Shown in pieces: positions 5,931 through 5,978 of a stretch of DNA of 5,978 nt. Position 1 is the stretch's first letter. The number at the start of each line of letters is the position of its first letter. Below the pieces are notes generated by a model that saw nothing but the letters and a program-made list of their open reading frames with translations, was not told the DNA's origin and made no database searches. Source of the DNA: Octopus sinensis. Its lineage: Eukaryota. Made by a program: the position numbers and the translations under genes. The stretch is from assembly GCF_006345805.1 (NCBI RefSeq), contig NW_021829772.1, positions 1-5,978 of the forward strand, read 5' to 3'.

Positions 5931-5978
5931 TCTCCTCTGCACCCACCCCATTTTTATCTCTTTCTTTCTCTCGAACAC

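Overview
Eukaryotic, AT-rich, non-coding (intronic or intergenic) DNA. It most likely comes from an octopus or other cephalopod; this rests on my recall of octopus repeat families, not on a database hit. The window is a mosaic of tRNA-derived SINEs of several modular types (about 1-190, 1130-1272, 1657-2128, 2916-3222, 4031-4222, 4884-4998), a decayed MITE-like element, a possible Helitron-like terminus, a probable retroposon tail, local tandem duplications and many microsatellites (CA/TG, TA, TCTA/TCTG). None of the supplied ORFs is a credible gene: they translate microsatellites, repeats or AT-rich DNA. There is no CRISPR array, rRNA or true tRNA. The best-supported observation is a full-length 307-bp SINE with an exact 11-bp target-site duplication and a composite tRNA-Arg-like head, CORE-like start, V-domain-like block and stem-loop tail. 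There is also in-window evidence that different SINE families share modules. The main unexplained signal is a 59-nt GC-rich, codon-periodic segment bounded by AG and GT at 1409-1467. I see no convincing evidence of a wholly new biological system.
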